Of a DNA stretch of 64,000 bases, positions 62,288-64,000 are shown piece after piece. The notes under the pieces were generated by a model. That model did not search any database, was not told where the DNA came from, and saw nothing but the letters and a program-made list of their open reading frames with translations. Positions within the stretch are counted from its first letter, which is position 1, and every line of letters starts with the position of its first letter. A program made the position numbers and the translations under genes. Origin of the DNA: Clostridia bacterium (lineage in GTDB: Bacteria; Bacillota; Clostridia; Oscillospirales; UBA644); contig JAFRTE010000046.1 in the NCBI GenBank assembly GCA_017427285.1, forward strand, positions 7,401 through 71,400, given 5' to 3'.

Positions 62288-64000
62288 TCAGAAAATAATT
62301 TTAACCGAAACGCCTTTCGGAGACGACGGATATTCTATATACGTCGTTTCAGTTTTTTTGTCGTAACTTGTTTTGGTTTCCGCTTTTTCCGAACCGATCT
62401 TTGCCGTGACGAATTTCGGCGGGCGCTTTGTCCATATACGCATACATCCGTTCATTTCACTCGGCGATTTTATTTTGCAGCATAAAGACCTCTGTCCTTG
62501 TTTTACGTTTGAGATCCTTCCGGAAACGGCAAGAATATCCGAATCGGACGATTTATCCGTTTTTGACAGGTCGATAAACAGTTTTACCTCTCCCGCGCGT
62601 ATCTTCGGCGAGTTTAAAATCGACAGTTTGTCGTTAAACATATCGATATAATCGCCCTGCAGCGTAAGAATATCGTTTCCCGCTTCTTCAAAAGCCGCCG
62701 CTGCAACGTATCTTCCTCTGCGCAGCGCAAAGTGTGAAGACGGGGTGAAACTTTCGCCTCCGGAGGCAAACACGTTCTTTATTACAGATAAATATCTGTC
62801 GCAAAGCGCGGCGTTTTTTGCAATTTCGCGCGGAGCGAGAGGAATAAAAGTCAGCGTTCCTTTGCCCGCTTTATAAACTCCTTCGGCTAAGTCTCGCGAA
62901 AGTCCGAGCGATTCGAAAAGATGCTCCGCAGGGTCGTTGTAGTGGGCTTTTCCGCTGTTCCACCAATGCCTGATCTTATGGAACGAGTCTTTCCCGTCTC
63001 CCACATAAATCAGCTCGCCGCCGTTTTTGACCCACTCGGCTATCGCATTGTTTATATCCGGAGCTTCGGGCTTCATAAATTCGTAGGACAGGACAAGTTT
63101 TTTGTAACCGTCAAAATATCCGGGATATCTGGCTATGTTTTCGAGCTGAACGGGACGGACGCAGAGCCCGTTTTTCAGAAGCGGCAGCGCAAGGCCGAAA
63201 AACGGATCCCACATTACCGTAAGACTGTCTTCGTGCTGCGCGTCTCCCCGAGGATAAAACCTCTGGAACATACACGTATCCGAAAGGATCACGCCTACCG
63301 TTTTTGTGTCCGTGATCCATTCAACGTCATCCGTTTTCATATCCCGCAAAGCGTGCATTACCGTGAGAAGATTTGTTCTGTATTCTTCCGGCATTCCTTC
63401 TTTGTCGGTTCCGTCTTCATTCGGATATTTGCCCGTGAAAACACGGTTCGGCCACGGAGAGACTTCATAGTTTGATATTTCGGGATGAAACAGCGATGCA
63501 ACGACTGTCCTGTAATAGTTTTCGCGGTAGTCTTTCCAAGTATGATGCAGATTGTCTTCAATAGGATCGTGCAAAAACCACATATTTCTGTTTGTACCGC
63601 TTACGAGCTCCTGCATAATACCGTATTCGAGAAAGGCAGTCTCAAACGTTCTTTCACGGCAGATACCGCGGTAATTGTTTCTTACTCTCGAAGTTCCCGT
63701 CCATACCTGCGCGATATATCCGTCAACGGACGGAACGTCGAGAAGAGAGGATTCGGGAGAGACTATCTTCCACTGGCAGTAGTTTATCAGAGAATGGGTA
63801 GGAATATAAAAACGTATCATTCTGCCGTATTTTATAAGCGAATATTCTTTCAGCTCCGCGCAAAGTCTGTCAATGGTCCGTTTGTAAAGATACTGTTTCA
63901 GCTTTGACGCTTTATACTGACCTTCGCAGGTTTTCTGAGGGTCTGTCCACGGTTCGTTGTAGAAAATATTCCATTCACGCTTAAACGCTTCGGAATATCC
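62288..64000 (-). CDS. conserved hypothetical protein, 5' end outside the window (possibly a glycan-active enzyme)
   Basis: The frame stays open to the window edge (…GYSEAFKREWNIFYNEPWTDPQKTCEGQYKASKLKQYLYKRTIDRL… precedes the track Met at 63820). Blocks such as DGYIAQVWTGTSR, ERTFETAFLEYG and YEVSPWPNRVF look conserved, but I cannot place the family. Confidence 0.6.
   Translation of the reverse strand, partial: GYSEAFKREWNIFYNEPWTDPQKTCEGQYKASKLKQYLYKRTIDRLCAELKEYSLIKYGRMIRFYIPTHSLINYCQWKIVSPESSLLDVPSVDGYIAQVWTGTSRVRNNYRGICRERTFETAFLEYGIMQELVSGTNRNMWFLHDPIEDNLHHTWKDYRENYYRTVVASLFHPEISNYEVSPWPNRVFTGKYPNEDGTDKEGMPEEYRTNLLTVMHALRDMKTDDVEWITDTKTVGVILSDTCMFQRFYPRGDAQHEDSLTVMWDPFFGLALPLLKNGLCVRPVQLENIARYPGYFDGYKKLVLSYEFMKPEAPDINNAIAEWVKNGGELIYVGDGKDSFHKIRHWWNSGKAHYNDPAEHLFESLGLSRDLAEGVYKAGKGTLTFIPLAPREIAKNAALCDRYLSVIKNVFASGGESFTPSSHFALRRGRYVAAAAFEEAGNDILTLQGDYIDMFNDKLSILNSPKIRAGEVKLFIDLSKTDKSSDSDILAVSGRISNVKQGQRSLCCKIKSPSEMNGCMRIWTKRPPKFVTAKIGSEKAETKTSYDKKTETTYIEYPSSPKGVSVKIIF

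Overview
A 64 kb chromosomal segment that looks like a Gram-positive anaerobe (Clostridia-like): AGGAGG-type ribosome-binding sites, many near-perfect TTGACA-N17-TATAAT promoters, lipoprotein signal peptides. I estimate roughly 48% GC by eye. I found no rRNA, tRNA, CRISPR array or intact transposase.

The content is mainly housekeeping and accessory metabolism:
- Cytoplasmic glycosidases: GH10-like, GH20-like, GH29 fucosidase, GH36 alpha-galactosidase.
- FeoAB iron uptake, an aquaporin, a Sir2 deacylase, PepO, LdhA.
- An Rrf2-NifS-NifU Fe-S module and a metY-cysK-cysE sulfur amino-acid operon.

Five things stand out:
1. Nine paralogous lipoproteins of about 460-475 aa, distantly like ABC solute-binding proteins, are scattered across 1.5-42 kb. 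There is no ABC permease or ATPase gene anywhere in the window.
2. A translationally coupled three-gene operon at 51.9-57.3 kb encodes a TerB-N/TerB-C protein, a P-loop ATPase and a DExH helicase. This is the Shango-type anti-phage architecture. It sits beside decayed RiPP-like gene remnants.
3. A 41-codon Cys/Met-rich upstream ORF lies in a structured leader in front of the sulfur amino-acid operon. It is a candidate peptide-mediated attenuator.
4. A 34-bp perfect palindrome carries both divergent -35 boxes of the Rrf2/nifSU promoters. One arm recurs at the metY promoter.
5. A protein with a 21-aa YD-like tandem repeat is co-transcribed with two of the lipoprotein paralogs.

Several pseudogene scars are also visible: a GDPD/GNAT head-to-head truncation, a poly-C frameshift in a C26 amidotransferase, a frameshifted PqqD-like gene and a truncated HprK-like kinase. 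All functional calls rest on motifs read by eye. No database search was run.
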